Shown: positions 24,673 through 38,435, counted from the first letter of the whole stretch. The stretch is 56,056 bases of DNA, filler included, from Sphacelaria rigidula (GCA_964200075.2; 6 parts of 6 records of this genome joined end to end with filler, not necessarily neighbours in it); one strand, 5' to 3'. A program made the numbers and translations. Notes: generated by a model not told the origin, from the letters alone.

Positions 24673-27503
24673 CTGCAATGGAAAGACGTGCGAATATTCA
24701 ACGGGAGTGCAAAAAGTAAAGAGGTCAGTTCACCACTTGGTCGATTGACGCTTCAGATAAAGTCTCGGAAATATGTGATACCGAACTAACGCTGATCCTA
24801 ACCCTAACCCCAACTCAATGCAACGCATGCCGAGAAACCTCGGGCGAGGGGGGTGCAAAGCGTTCCCTGGGCACAGTATGGCGTTGATAGACCTCCAAAC
24901 GGCGCCCCAGCCGCCGATTTTTGACAATAATGCGTTTTGCGCACGCTGGGAGCACTTGAGATCGTCTGTCTCACTAAAGATCCGAATATCGGTGTTGACA
25001 CTTAAATCAAGTGATAAACTTCCGAGGAAGTTCCAACAGACCAAGTGGGTGAACACTACTAACAAAAAACAAGGTCATGATGAAGATCCGATATGTACTA
25101 CACGGCCCATATTTTGCAGTCCTCGATGTGGAAGGCGTGCTCATAGTATCACATATTCATCGAAAAAGCTCGTATCCAACTGCAGGGGGGAGGAATCGAG
25201 CCCACGGGATAATTATTCAAACGACGCGAGGATTGCTGATCAAAAACAGCGTGTCCTGACCATCATGAAGGGGCGAGGCGGTATCCAGAATGGAGGAAGG
25301 CGATAGAGAAAGCGTGTGTAAGGGCAGCAAGAGAGGCGCGAAGAGGGTGAGACGGCCAAACATGTTACAGACAGCAAGTTTGAAAACACGCGTACGCAAG
25401 TTTTGACCAAAAAATGTCGTTCGTCGGAACGGATATGCGAGGCGCGGTCTGCACCCCCGTGCTCTTTGATGGCCACAGAACCAAAAATGGGAAGTCACAA
25501 CCGCAAGCGCGACAGGAGTACGTCAAGACCATACCGTGGAAACAATAGGAAGAGAGGAAGGGCATGTCGGCAAGGGTATACCCGATATTTTGTTTTGTTT
25601 CAAGTCGCACATCACCCGCCTAAGTCAGTCACAATGACTTTGTATGGACTTCCGAGAGGGGAACAGCGGCATTAGGTTGGATGCTGTTGTGGGCATGGGT
25701 CGGATCTTCACTTCTAAAAATACCACAATAACGGGTACACCATACGCGATACGCCTTTAGAAGAGAGCAAGCGGAATGCCGAGACACAAAAGTGAAGATC
25801 GCGGCGTGCACAGAACACACTAGTGCTAGACACGGACGCGGCACACGGAAATTCAAACAACGGATGGTCCAGCAGAGGCCACCCTTGTGTCTTACAATAT
25901 GCCAAGCGTCGGACAAATAATGATTCGTCTGGAAATTGCTTGGTTTTAGTATTTTTTATTCGACTCGTACGAATCAATCCCTAGGCTTTGTTTCCAGCGT
26001 TACAACCCAGGTACACGCAGCACAGACACGTGGAATGGCGCAAGAGTTGCGTGGATACCCCGGACCAGCGGTCAACTGTTTTCCCTCTTTTGGGCGATCA
26101 GGCCGAAGAAATCGTGGATTTGGTTATTCGTAGTCGTGATGATCCGTCCTGACCGTGGAATATGCCGAGAATCTTTCACGGGTGCGTTGGGTATGGTAAA
26201 TACCCGGCTATTCACTCTCCCAATGTTTGTACTGCGATGGTCCGATCTCCAACGTCAACCCGAATATTGGCTAGAGTTAGGTACGATCGCAATACTCTAC
26301 GCAACATCTGGGGCGTACTGTTGAATACGATCTCGATACTTCACCCGAGTTTTGGGGTACTTTGGGATACGGGTCTTCAAAACACCCACATGTGGGAAAC
26401 AACGTACCCAACACACCCTCGGAACATATCACCCTACTTCGCGCAGTCAAGAGCGCTTCCACATACACTCGAGGCGACTCGCATCCCCTGCTCTTCAGAG
26501 ATGGATCGTCACGAATGTCAACTATCGGGCATTGGGATGTTACCATGCCCCGCTGGCTAGTGTAGAAATCAGCCTCAGAGTACAGTCTCGCCGCCGATAG
26601 CCCCCTTTCCTCCACTACGCTGGAACGTTCCACAGGTTCCCCAACAGCAACCAACAAAATGGTTCCAATTCCTGCCGCGTGCGAGTGTAGTATAGGACAT
26701 CAGGTCACAGGTATGCGTGACGCAAAAAACCATCACTGCACGGGGTGAGTTAGATCTGAGCCTGATGGTATGTCTCACATTCCCCCCCCCCCCTCTCCTC
26801 CTTTTTTCCCGTCTTCTTGCATTTCACGATACCCTTGTTTGTTCCACCCTTCCCTTTTTTTCGTTTTTTTCAACGTTTACCCGTCTATAAATTCCCGTCT
26901 GACGAGTGTTTCCAATAATTCAACTTGGGCACTCGTACGAGTACACGTCTATTTTTTCTTGTCGCATCGCACCAGCTAGTGTGCGACAATCAATCCATCA
27001 TTCAGTCAACCCACCAACCGATGGATGCAGGAACAAACACGCCAGCTGCAAAGTGCTCTTACTCTGTTGGAGATTCTTCAACACATGTTTCTAAGAAAGA
27101 ACAACGCTCAGACATCACACCAATCCTTCGTTCAGAACAGATTTCTTCCCGTCAGTCACCCAAGTGTCTCACGTTTTTCAGCACGTGAGCACACCGCAAT
27201 GCTACTCAAGCCTGTTCACGTTACAGCCACTTTGCCTGTGGCTGTCATATATTACACCAAGCCCGACACGGGCCAACCCCTCTTTCAACCAGATTCATGG
27301 TTGCTCGTCACCTATCACCACTACATTTTTGTTGTTCTCTGTTACTTCGATGTCCCTCCATTTCTCCCTTTCCCCCCCCCATAACATGGGTGGTGGATTT
27401 TACATCGAGATCCGCAACGACTGTTGTATATTATATTTCACATGGAAAGATAGCTGTACGGAAACCCAAAAACGAGTGTATTATTCGATACAAAAAAATT
27501 AGG

Positions 27504-27840
27504 CCGGTCGCCCCTGTGGCTCAGTTCGTAACCTCGAGTCCTTGTGACGGTTGGCTTTTGGGTTCGAAATCTCGGTGAAGTCCCACCATCTCGGATTTTT
27601 CCTCACACCATGCCCAGGAAGTGGACAGGGACTATGTTGTGAGTGCGCAAAAATCTACTTCATGGTCGACGAGGGAAAGGAGCTGCTGGACTAACGCAAG
27701 CACCCCAGAAGAAGGGTGGAGTACTAAAACAAAGTAAAAATTCCTGCCCTGGCCTTCCTCCTGTGTGACCCCAACTGATGCGTGCTCACATACCGACAGG
27801 TGCGGACTGGTGTCCAGAATAAATGGGATGACAACACAAA
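27504..27840 (+). mobile_element. tRNA-derived SINE, family A
   Basis: CCGGTCGCCCCTGTGGCTCAGTTCG...GGGTTCGAAATCTC...GACAACAC; colinear with the other copies. Confidence 0.85.
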
Positions 27841-27981
27841 CACCAACAAAGTACAGTTTGTCCGAGAATTTCCCCTCGTCACCCCCCCCCCCCTCCCCCT
27901 CCTCCTCCCCCTCCTTCGCGCCGTCTCGAAAGGGATGCGTGGTCAATGGTCAAATGACTAAGGCAAGCAACAAATGAGTAC

Positions 27982-28081
27982 NNNNNNNNNNNNNNNNNNN
28001 NNNNNNNNNNNNNNNNNNNNNNNNNTTAATTAATTAANNNNNNNNNNNNNNNNNNNNNNNNNNNNNNNNNNNNNNNNNNNN
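27982..28081. other. Artificial contig linker
   Basis: Same N/TTAATTAATTAA/N structure. Confidence 0.97.
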
Positions 28082-31000
28082 CATAATACTAAAACCGAGT
28101 AATTTCCAGACGACTCATTATTTGTCCGACCCTTGAAATGTTTCTGCATGGTACAGATGTTCATGTGAGCAGGTACACTGAGTGAGCATGTACATGCGCG
28201 GATAGATTTATGCCGACGCACGGGTACTGGTAGTCGAGTGTGTGTGACTGCAGTACCATGCTCAGGCCGGCAGCGTCGCCGCTGCTAACCCTCACTCTTC
28301 GCCTGATCCCTCATTCCGAGGTTCGACTCTGTCAAGGCACTCTCCAATAATACAAGAGATAAGACGATCTATCCTTGGCCACTGGTGGTGTATTCCGTGG
28401 CCCGTGGCGAAGGAACAGCCACCCCATGGCTTCGGCTAGGGGGTGGGGGGTAGGAGTGCAAGTTGTTGCCCCGAGCAACGACATTGTTGTGTGTAAGATA
28501 AACAATGAACGACGCACGCTTGTTTCGTGAAGCTCCGTGGGTTTTCGTGTCAAGCTGCCGACATGTCGATGAGTAAATGTCGGCATGAAAAGCACTGTGA
28601 GTCCCCCATACCGCCTCGAGCAACGTCTCAGAGTGACCCCTACGTGCCAAATTGTGTCCACAACCCTGCCCCTCCGCCGGTCCTTGAGGCATCTCTTTTT
28701 TAATGGTATCTTCACCGTTCAGCGCGCACCAAAATTCTTGTCACAGCATAGGACTTGAGCCCCCTGTGTTATCATCAATGCAAAGGGGGCAAGGCCCGGT
28801 GTTGGCACGCATGCCCGATTGAATGCGCTGTTTTTCTGTCCGGACCTCATTCATGCACTTTCAGATGCAAGTGGGAGAGTCATATACTGCGGGCTGTGTG
28901 TCGTTGTGAGCGATGAGTATGTTTCACTGTGCACCATATTCTCTGTTGTTCGTTGCGGTTGGTTTGCGCAAAAGAGAGAGCGCACGCTTCAAGAGCAAAC
29001 GCTACCAACGCAAGTCCACCCGCACAACTATCAAACACTCGAGCACATCACGGGAGTCGCTGCATTCTGACGAGTGAGGACAACGCGGAAATTCCATGCT
29101 GTCATCACGCTTTGCTGTCTTCGACCTCGGGTCTGTAAGTGAATCAGGCAGTGTACGTGGCTACCTGCAAGCACCGTACCGTGTAGTCAGCACTACAGTA
29201 CGGTACAATTGACATCGTGCATGTGCATCTACTCTAGTTGGCAGTTTTATGCGATTCTGGTCATGGGAATAAGATACCTTGGCATATGAAGTAGGAGTGT
29301 ATTTGTCCTACTTCGTCGTCAGGTTGGTGAGAGAAATCAGAAGGTCGCGACGACGAAGCGGGGGCACCACAACTTTGAATCTCTACACCAGTCGTTTGGC
29401 GGTGATTTCATGCAGTGACCGGCGACCCCCATGTGTTACCCATGTCCCATGTTGCTACCGCAAGTTGGGATCATTATCTACAGTGGTAGGAACCAAGAGC
29501 CTAGAAATTTCTTTGGTTCAATCAGCTGAGGGGTGCCATATATCACAGTCCCTGTACTATACTACACCACACCACACCACACCACACCCCCTGCTCGCGC
29601 TTTTTCGATCGCCACAACTTTTCCACATTGGGTGAGACCCGGCTGTAGAACAGTGTGAAGGCCCTTGGAAGCAGCTGCATGAGCCGCAATAATGTCGATT
29701 AGTACATATTTGAATATATATAAGTGGCTACATGGGCTGAATATTTTCCTATGCACTCCCTACATGGTGCGTCCCGTTTCGACAGTATCTCCAAATATCA
29801 GCCGTCTCGGTTGTGTTTCCCGGTCGCCACATCAGTTCGATGTTTCTGACTCGTGGTCACCTCTCACCAATCCCTCAAAAACAGAGCACATCCTTGCTCC
29901 AGATCCAGTAACACACTCTGAACACGTGTACTAGCCTAAGTTTGTAAAGGCCTCGTTCAACAAGAGGTGCTATCGACAGTCAATGGCCCGAAAAACACAG
30001 CTTTTCGGCTCTAGCGCAATAAATAGGCAGAAATTCAAGAATGAAATATTTACATTTGTTCATAAGAACGATCAGGATCGCTTCAGTTGGGCAAGTTACT
30101 CAAGAGTTAGGACCTGGGGCTGAGCAGTCGCAGGACCCGCGAGGACCGGTCAGCTCGTGAGTCGCTTGGTACTGAGTCCAGAGATGATTCTTGTTTCGGA
30201 ATGCGGATCGGATGCCTGATGTCTCCCGATCCTAATGGTTCAGGATCAAGCGCCCATTGAGATGAGCGGTGGCACGCGACAAGACGATTGAAAATCGCCG
30301 ACCACAAAAAAGTATGGATACTCCCATGGCTCAGCTGGAAGCTACTATGGTGCAGCACGACCACATCGTGCACTCATTGTGCGTGCTATGTCATGCATAT
30401 TGCGGCCTCTTGTCACATGCAGATGGATTGTGGAAGCTGTGTTGTGTTCCCTACGCTCCCAGTCCCCTTAATTGAGCCGACCGATAGCCAATCGTCGGTC
30501 AAGGCTGAGCACGTTCCGTTATCTAATGGTCCTGATGCTGCTAGTCTCCTCATGGTTGTTTGCGCATTAACCCCCGCTGTTGGACGTCTGTCTCTATTTT
30601 TCGATGATTACTAGGTCGCATGAATCTCGCGGTGCATGCAAAAACTTGTGGTTGTGTCGGCTGTCGCATCGTCGCGTATAGAGGAAGGAGTCGTTCATGA
30701 CGCAAGCAAGCGGTGTTGGCAGGTTCGTAGTGATGGACGAAAATGATGTGTTGATCCAAGCGACGTTCTACTTGGCTCCGCTCACAGCTGCTGCATAAGG
30801 ATGGGTACCGCGATTTTGGCGGGTTCATGCACTGTACGCCCGGAGGGGGCTGCAATACTGCCGTGTGCTCTGATCCTGCCGTGTGCTGTAGTACTGCGGT
30901 GTACCCGTTTGTACTGATGTGCCGGTGTGTGAACACTGGATGCACTGACATGAGCGATAAAGGCTATCTCGAGCTCTTCCACCCGTGCATGGTTCGCAGG

Positions 31001-31174
31001 ATTTAGTCATCGGGCGGAAATACATGAAAAATGCAAGGGTAGGTCGAGTAGAGTATGTAGTTTTGAGAACTGTAGTAAAATCCTCAAGTATTTACTCTAC
31101 CTGACGTTTGAGTAGGTCGAGTACGGCCTCTCGGGGACAAGGAGAAACGACTGAATTGTTGACGCTTCAATCCC

Positions 31175-31176
<2 letters not shown>

Positions 31177-31214
<38 letters not shown>
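31177..31214. repeat. (GT)n microsatellite
   Basis: Seen directly. Confidence 0.95.
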
Positions 31215-31218
<4 letters not shown>

Positions 31219-31390
31219 CACGTGGGTGTGGACCGTGGCCAGCTTTCCAGGGTGTAGTCTTTTCTGTTCCGAATGCCACGTAGTCGGTGTTATGAGTTGA
31301 AGAGGAACAAGTCGTGCCGTGCTTTTCTGCGCTTGTACTCTGCGCGCACCCATGCGGCGTTACCGGTACAGCGCGGAACAGCATGTACAG

Positions 31391-31627
31391 AGCCGTGCTA
31401 CGATAGATTGGGTGTTTGATGCCAGGAAAAAGGGACTCAGATGTTTCGGACAAGCTGACACACTTGCCGTGCGCTTGTATTTGGGTAAAACGGCGTGAAG
31501 CGGTATGAATGAGCGTTTTTATCGTTGACACGCGCGTTCTGACGATCGTTGCTTCTAATATCGATTCGAACTTGAATTTCGTGGCAGCAACGGCTCAGAA
31601 TACCCCCCGTCCTATCGTAGCATGACT
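31391..31627. mobile_element. MITE family with AGTCATGCTACGATAG TIR
   Basis: AGCCGTGCTACGATAG...CTATCGTAGCATGACT; homologues at 46393-46630 (+) and 46799-46891 (-). Confidence 0.7.
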
Positions 31628-31852
31628 TGGAGTTGTTTGTGCTGTCCCCGTACCGTTGAATGCGCGACAGCAGAATCGTCAACACAGCCTCCGGGTACGA
31701 ACCCGGCACAGTATACAGCGTTGGGCACACAGGCAGTGCACCTTGGCGCCCGCTAGTCATTCACGAGTCCTGCACCTGTCGGCGTGTGGTAAAGCACTAT
31801 TACAGTACAGGTTGTGACAGTTGAGAGTTGTACTGTGTTTCACTGTAAGGTT

Positions 31853-32198
31853 ACCGGTCGCCCCGGTGGCTCAGTCGGTAACCTCGAAACCCTCTGACGG
31901 TTGGGTGGTGGGTTCAAATGTCGGAGCGATCTGGGATTTTTCCTCACACCATGCCCAACAGTGGAGAGCGACTATGTCGTGGGTACAAAAAACTTGACTC
32001 AGCGGTCGACGAGGGAAAGAGACTGCTGAACCCCTCTTGCGATAAGAAATAAAAAGGCGAGCACCGCAGAAGGAAGGTGGAGTACTAGAAAGAAAAAGAA
32101 AATCCTGTGTTTGTCTTCCTCCTGTGTGACCCCGGCTGGTGCGCTCACATGTATCGAAAGGTGCAGACTGTCGTCCAGAATAGATGAGGCGACAACAC
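31853..32198 (+). mobile_element. tRNA-derived SINE, family A
   Basis: A and B boxes, conserved body and tail. Confidence 0.88.
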
Positions 32199-32355
32199 TG
32201 TCTACTTTTTGTGTAGTGTCTGTAGTAAGTGCTCTGTACTGTACTGCTGTCTGCGGTACAAGTGTGCACATGCCTGTGTGTGTGCGTTTGAATGTTTTGA
32301 GAAAGTAGAGTCGTTCTCGATAAAGGTTCCCTATACGCAGTAACCCTAGCTGCGT

Positions 32356-32628
32356 GGAGGCGAACGGGGGAACAGAGACACCTGTCGACCTCGCTGAAGA
32401 TGACGCGGAAGGACGGAAGTGGGCCACACATCTAGCCGCTTCGAGGATCTCGTCAAAATGGCCACCCAAACGGTGGCGTACCTGCGCGAGCTAACGCAAG
32501 CTTCACGCTGGGTGGCTGGGTGGCCATTTTGTCACGTCCTCGTAGCAGCTGCTTGAGCGGCCGACGCCCGCCCTTTCGCGTCATCATACGCCAGGTCGAC
32601 TGGTGTCTCGGCTCCCCCATTCGCCTTC
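32356..32628. mobile_element. Fold-back / MITE-like palindrome
   Basis: GAGGCGAACGGGGGAACAGAGACACCTGTCGACCT vs AGGTCGACTGGTGTCTCGGCTCCCCCATTCGCCTTC; CAAAATGGCCACCCA vs TGGGTGGCCATTTTG. Confidence 0.8.
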
Positions 32629-33014
32629 AAGTCTTCCTCGTAGTCTTGGGTCTTCCTCGTGAACGAGCTGCTATCACCAGCGCTCTCGCGGGCGTTTACG
32701 GCACCCGCCATCGCCTCGCTTACGACATTTGTCCTACGGCTGTGTTTAGTAACCTCGGTCGTTATGGGGCAGGGTGTCTAGTTCCGTTTCCTAACCCGGA
32801 GTTGGGCACCGGCGCTTTGGGGTGTTGAGCATCTCAGGGTTTATCTTCAAATATTCAATGTCATCCCGAGTTGCTGCGCACGTCTCTTCTCAGGGTTCAG
32901 CTTGCGATGTTTAACAAGGAGAATTCGTCGTATCCTGGCCTTGAATCCCAACTTCTTAATCCTAACCCTGAGTTTTTCCGGCCGGTTTTTGTTTCCAAAA
33001 CTCTCTATTTACTC

Positions 33015-33793
33015 ATCAATATATTACTCCACCAATACGTATTGTGACCGCCGTTTCCCTCGTGTAGTGCCGCCCAATATGTATTGGACGCACTGACGCA
33101 CGACATATTGGGGCGGCAATATATTGACGCTTCGGGCGTTGAGTATATCGAATCGTCAATACCTATTGATCTCGTGTGGCAGCAAATATATTACCCGACA
33201 AATATATAACGGCGCCTTACCGTACCAAAATATTACTCGGCCAATGTATATTGAGGTGGCGCGTGTCGTGATACACTGCTCGGTCGATATATATGGTATG
33301 TCGCGAGTATTGATATATTGATGGCACAATATATATTGACCTGTCTCTCATTGCCGATAACCCCGGTGGCCCAGTTGGTAACCTCGAGACCTTCTGACGG
33401 TTGGGTTGTGGATTCAATTCTCGGAGCGATCTGGGATTTTTTCTCACACCATGCCCAACAGTGGAGAGCGACTATGTCGTGGGTACACAAAGGTCGACGA
33501 GGGAAAGGGACTGCTGAGCCCCTCTCGCGATAAAAAATAAAGGTAAGCACCGCAGAAGGAAGGTGTAGTACTAGAGACAAACAAGATAGAAAAACTCCTG
33601 TTTGACCCTCCTCCTGTGTGACCCCGGCAGGTGCGCTCTCATGTACCGAAAGGTGCAGACTGGCGTTCAGAAAAGATGGGACGACAACACACACGCTAGT
33701 GCCATCATATTGCTCGCTCAGATATAGATTGACCACCCAACGCGTCTACATATTGAGCTGGCGATATATATTACATAAAGTATTGTCCATGGT
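33015..33793 (-). mobile_element. Second, partial copy of the 42-bp-array element, interrupted by SINE-A
   Basis: Reverse complement is colinear with ~8227-8670, with the same left end and the same order of variable segments (e.g. ATCACGACACGCGCCACCTCAATA, GTCGTGCGTCA). Confidence 0.8.
33354..33694 (+). mobile_element. tRNA-derived SINE, family A, inserted into the 42-bp-array element
   Basis: A and B boxes and (CA)n tail; its two flanks are contiguous in the uninterrupted homologue near 8320. Confidence 0.88.
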
Positions 33794-34402
33794 GTTGTCT
33801 TCTCAGCAGCTATCGTCTCCTGCGCACAAATCGATTTGGCGACTTCAGAGGCCAAGCGACGGAGAAAAGCCGAACCCGCCGCAGGCCCTAATTTGAGTAT
33901 GATCCTACTACGGTGGTTTTCAATTGAAATACGAGTAGTCAAATAGATCATCCTGCTACGGCCATGCTGCACCGATCTCGGATCACAGCGCGAATCTCGC
34001 GCCGGTCGACGCATCTCCGTATAGGTAAGATAACCAAGTGAAATCCCGTGCGTCTCTTCGGGAGCTACCATCTCCTGGGAATGCGATTATCAATGTTGCG
34101 CATTCAGACGCCAGAAGAAACTCTGAACCTGCCGTATATCCTTAACCGAAGATGATCCCGCTGCGGTCATAACTATTGAGATGAGTCACCATATCATCGA
34201 TCGATTCCCAGAAGCTGATTTCAGCCTTCAGCGCGAAGTTCGCACCATTTGATGTATCGATGTGTAGACAAGATGATTTGTGAGCTCTCCCATGTTGTAT
34301 CAGCGGCTAACGGCTCCTGTTGAAGGCGAAAATTGATTTTACGTTCTCGAACGTATGTCGTAGGTACTAAATGAAAAACGAACCTGTTAGAAACGGGATG
34401 TT

Positions 34403-34490
34403 CCACCTTTCGATCCGCGCTTCAAGCTTGAATCAACCGACCTGCCTGCCCACCTTTCGACCCCCGCTTCAAGCTTGAACCAACGGGCCC
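34403..34490. repeat. Two-unit ~47-bp tandem repeat with palindrome TTCAAGCTTGAA
   Basis: CCACCTTTCGA...CGCTTCAAGCTTGAA occurs twice. Confidence 0.75.
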
Positions 34491-37087
34491 GCCGTGACTT
34501 CTTGAATCCAAACGTGGGGATCTCAGACCGGACTTGCCGCAGATGCTGATTAAAGACGGACCTGCTTTACCCGAATATCTATACTGCAACCTTGGAGCCA
34601 GGCCGCCAATCGCAAACTGTGCCACCAGCCCCCAGAAAACCGTGTGCTGTACTGACCTGCGCTGTGCTGTGCTCTACTGTTCAAATCATCGCCCACGTCG
34701 CCGCTGAATAGGCCTCGTTCGAAGATGAGATTGGCATTGGGCCCCGAGTGCTGCTGCTGCTGATTGGAGAACAGGCCGCAATACAGACAGACATGCTTAC
34801 TTGTTCCGGATAGGACTTCGCCAGGCCAGGAGTCAAGGCTGAGGCCAAGGGGAGTGGGTCAGATTGGATGTTCCACGCACCTGTGCTGTACCGTACAGCA
34901 CTACCAATGAAACGTCACCGCTTTCAAGCTTCATCAGCTGCTGGTACGAAAAAGCTTTGGGTTTGCTTGCCTCTTCGTTCTAATCGCAGTGTCCTTATAC
35001 TGTGCTCAGGATCTTGTTCGGTAGTGTACTGTAGTGCTGTTATGGCCTTATATGCATCATGTGTAATCTTTTCATCGACTGTGTATTGTACGTCATGCTT
35101 GAGACATTTATTGTGTTTTGAAGGTCATACTCCATCTCTCGACGTATTGGCTTGCCCCCCTAGGCCAAAATGTTTTGTTGACACGCATGACCAGCAGCCT
35201 TTCTACACATGGTCGAAGCGACATCAGCCAACTTCGTCTTGAGGACTGCCCTTCAGCGGTACACTGGTGTTCAACCAAATGTCAAACGTCAGTCTGCACG
35301 GTACGCGGTCAAACTTTGTCTGCATATCTATGCAACACGCATACCAAATCAGGAGGACTCAGGATCTGCACTGACTGACGGAGAAACCAGGCGCTAGCTT
35401 GTCTCGGACGAGGATTCAGGGAACTTGACCTTTCCTCACCCAGAATTCATGCACCGATTCAAAAACACTGCACAGTGTTGAGTGATGCTAGTGAATTAAG
35501 GGATCTTCAATTGCGGTTTTCTGGCCTCAACGGCCAAGAACAATATCCATTTTCCTTGAGGCGCCGCTGAAGAAGGAAATGAACGAAAGTAAAAAGGGAA
35601 AAATGAAGAAAATATGGAGATTTGTTTCCATCATGCCCCAGCGATTCTCCATACCAGATTTCAAAGCACGACTCTCAAAAACTGAAACGTGAAATCCAGA
35701 TGTAGGCAGGCATATAGTGCCTTTGCTCGTAGTATATTGATTTTCATGTGCGCCATATATCGAGATAGAGAAGTAGGCGAAGGTGAGGGTATCAATTGTT
35801 TCCCCGTGCTCCAAGGAATGTCCACACCAAAAACCATCATCCGCTGTTGACATCGTTCGGGTTTTCAAATAGACTTCAGTGTGGAGCCTATGTCCGTACG
35901 GTATAGGAATCACTAGACATGGCATTTAATCAACCAGAAAAAAATGGCCGAGATTTTTAGCCCATGGGCATCTTCCCCTTGACTAGGCGATTGATGCCAT
36001 GTGCGAATCACGCCCCAACTCGTTTGTATCGATGACATATTGCTTGGAGAGCTTACAGCCGTGTCTAGGCTGGACCAGCTCGTGGGGACGCGAAGTCAGT
36101 GTCTGGTGGCTACGGCATGCATGATCATAAGTATACCCCGTGTCATGGCATGACTGACGAGCACTGTTGTAGAGTTGAAAGGTCATTATAGTGATCCACG
36201 TAATTCTCGAAGAGGATCTTATATGCCGTGGTAAACGTCACCACCCTCAAAGGCATTCGGAAATGAGCCTTGGCTTTTGTCTTTATCTCTGTATTCGTTT
36301 GTTCTATCATTCCATCATATACATTCAATTCGATTTGATTACTTTTCATTTCCACACTTCTCCTATTTATTGCTATTATTTGTTTTACTTTTTTTTTTTG
36401 TACTTCATTTATCCTACATTATCCGTCCACTCTCACAACGAAGGCCAGAACCACGCATTTTTTTTTCTGAATGGATTCGAAGCCGCGCTGCGCGAAAAAA
36501 CCCATCCCATCGCTCTTCTAACATCAATCCAGATGCCCTCAAGAAGTTTCAGCTCCATTGATGCTCATGGCGTTGTGTTTCGCTCCTGTCTGTGAGCGGT
36601 CTCAAGAACAGCCCAGCTCGACCCCTTTTGACCAGCGCTGGTCTTGATTCAACTTCTCAGACTTGACTGTCGCAACTTCAAACGAGGCGCTTTTGGAGAT
36701 TGGAGACATCACACGCAGCAACCGGCTCTCCGAATCACTTTAAAACCCGTCAAGAAGATTCAGCTTCATTGCTGCTTTCTTCTTTGTCTTCGCTTGTGCT
36801 TGCCGACGCCGTCCGTGGCTGAGATGGGAGGTGGTGTTAAAGTACGTGATCTGATTGATTCGAACTACTCCCCGTGTGTCGACCGTCGACAAACGGTGAA
36901 CGTACAAGAGCTTCTGGTCGCAACGCCCCCGGGCGGCGGAGACGTATCTCGGCTTCCACGGTGACAAATGGAGACTGTACAGGTGCGACCTTGCACTACT
37001 GAACTGTCTGTGCTTGCAGAACTGCGCTTCGCACGAGGTTTGACAAGCGGATAAGAATTGTTGACGCCGTATCCTGGTGCGCCGTTA

Positions 37088-37340
37088 TTGTTTATCGCGA
37101 GAGGGGTTCAGCAGTCCCTTCCCCTCGTCGACCGTAGAGTCAAATTTTGTGTACCCACGACATAGTCGCTCTCCACTGTACTGTAGTATGGACTTGTATC
37201 TCCTCGAGAAAAGAGGCGTTCCTATATCCCCACTCACCACGCCAAAGCGTTCATATGTGGGCGCATCAGCCGGGGTCACACAGGAGGAAGGTCAACACAG
37301 AAGTGTTCGTTTTTTTGTTTGTTTTTAGTACTCCAACTTC
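37088..37340 (-). mobile_element. Two rearranged SINE-A body fragments
   Basis: 37088-37178 and ~37250-37340 match non-adjacent parts of the SINE-A body. Confidence 0.7.
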
Positions 37341-37440
37341 NNNNNNNNNNNNNNNNNNNNNNNNNNNNNNNNNNNNNNNNNNNNTTAATTAATTAANNNN
37401 NNNNNNNNNNNNNNNNNNNNNNNNNNNNNNNNNNNNNNNN
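37341..37440. other. Artificial contig linker
   Basis: Same N/TTAATTAATTAA/N structure. Confidence 0.97.
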
Positions 37441-37606
37441 CAAAAGGGGGGAAAAAGTTGACCACTGGTCCAAGGGGTATCCACGCAACTTTTGCGCCAT
37501 TCCACGTGTCTGGGCTGCGTGTGTAACTGGGTTGCAACGCTCAAAGCAAGCCTAGGGATTGATTCGTGATTACTCGAATCATAGTACTAGAAGCAAGTAA
37601 TTTCCA

Positions 37607-37612
37607 GTAGTG

Positions 37613-37676
<64 letters not shown>

Positions 37677-37712
37677 AAGTAGAAGTAGTGGTCGTGGTGG
37701 TATCGAGTAGTG
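37607..37712. repeat. (GTA)n microsatellite
   Basis: Seen directly. Confidence 0.95.
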
Positions 37713-38020
37713 GCACGGTAGGGGTGCACAATAAAACGACCCGGATTTGACTTGTCAGGAGTCCCTCATCTCGTCCAAACACAACTCTTGTGCGAGGTCA
37801 ATGGTCTGATGACCATGGCAAGCATGATCATGAGTACAAACACAACTTGTGAAATATGTGAGAGCACGACACGATCAACCGTTACAATGGGCTAGGGCTA
37901 TCATGCTATATCGAATGGATCTTGAAACGGGAATATCCTCACCGGTAACATATTTGTGTAGTTCATGACTTCAGGAGACCCTCTCGATGACAAATATTTG
38001 AGTTTAAACGTGCAACCAAC

Positions 38021-38435
38021 AGATTATTTTCGATAATGAGGTTGAACATTAGAATGAGGTTTGACGTCAAAACAGTGCTTTCCCTGCCCTAAAAATATGG
38101 CAGATGATTTTCATATGAACGACCTCATGCCCCCCGACCTCCGTGAAATATTTTTGGCGCTTTCCCGTCTTCCGTTCCCCCAAACGGTATGTGCGAAATC
38201 ACCTTTTTTGCCTTGACTTCGGAGTGAAAAAAGGGACGCTTCTTCGCCCGGTAATGTGTTTTTGCACATACTCCTCGGGGGGACAGGAGACGGGAAACCC
38301 TTAACATAGTTCCAGGGAAGTCGGGGGGCATGAGGTCGTCCATGTGAAAGTCATTTGCCATGACTTTAGGTCAGGGAGCAATGTTTTGGAGTTCAACCTC
38401 ATTTCAATGGTCAACCTCATTTTCGAAAATAATCT
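38021..38435. mobile_element. MITE with ~130-bp TIRs
   Basis: AGATTATTTTCGATAATGAGGTTGA...TCAACCTCATTTTCGAAAATAATCT; absent at the homologous site (~44675) of the duplicated host repeat. Confidence 0.85.

Noticed and set aside
24797-24811. Telomere-like CCCTAA repeats (also ~9915)
   Set aside because: Only about two units, internal; not a telomere.
37541-37782. Poly-Tyr / poly-Thr ORFs
   Set aside because: Translations of the (GTA)n microsatellite.
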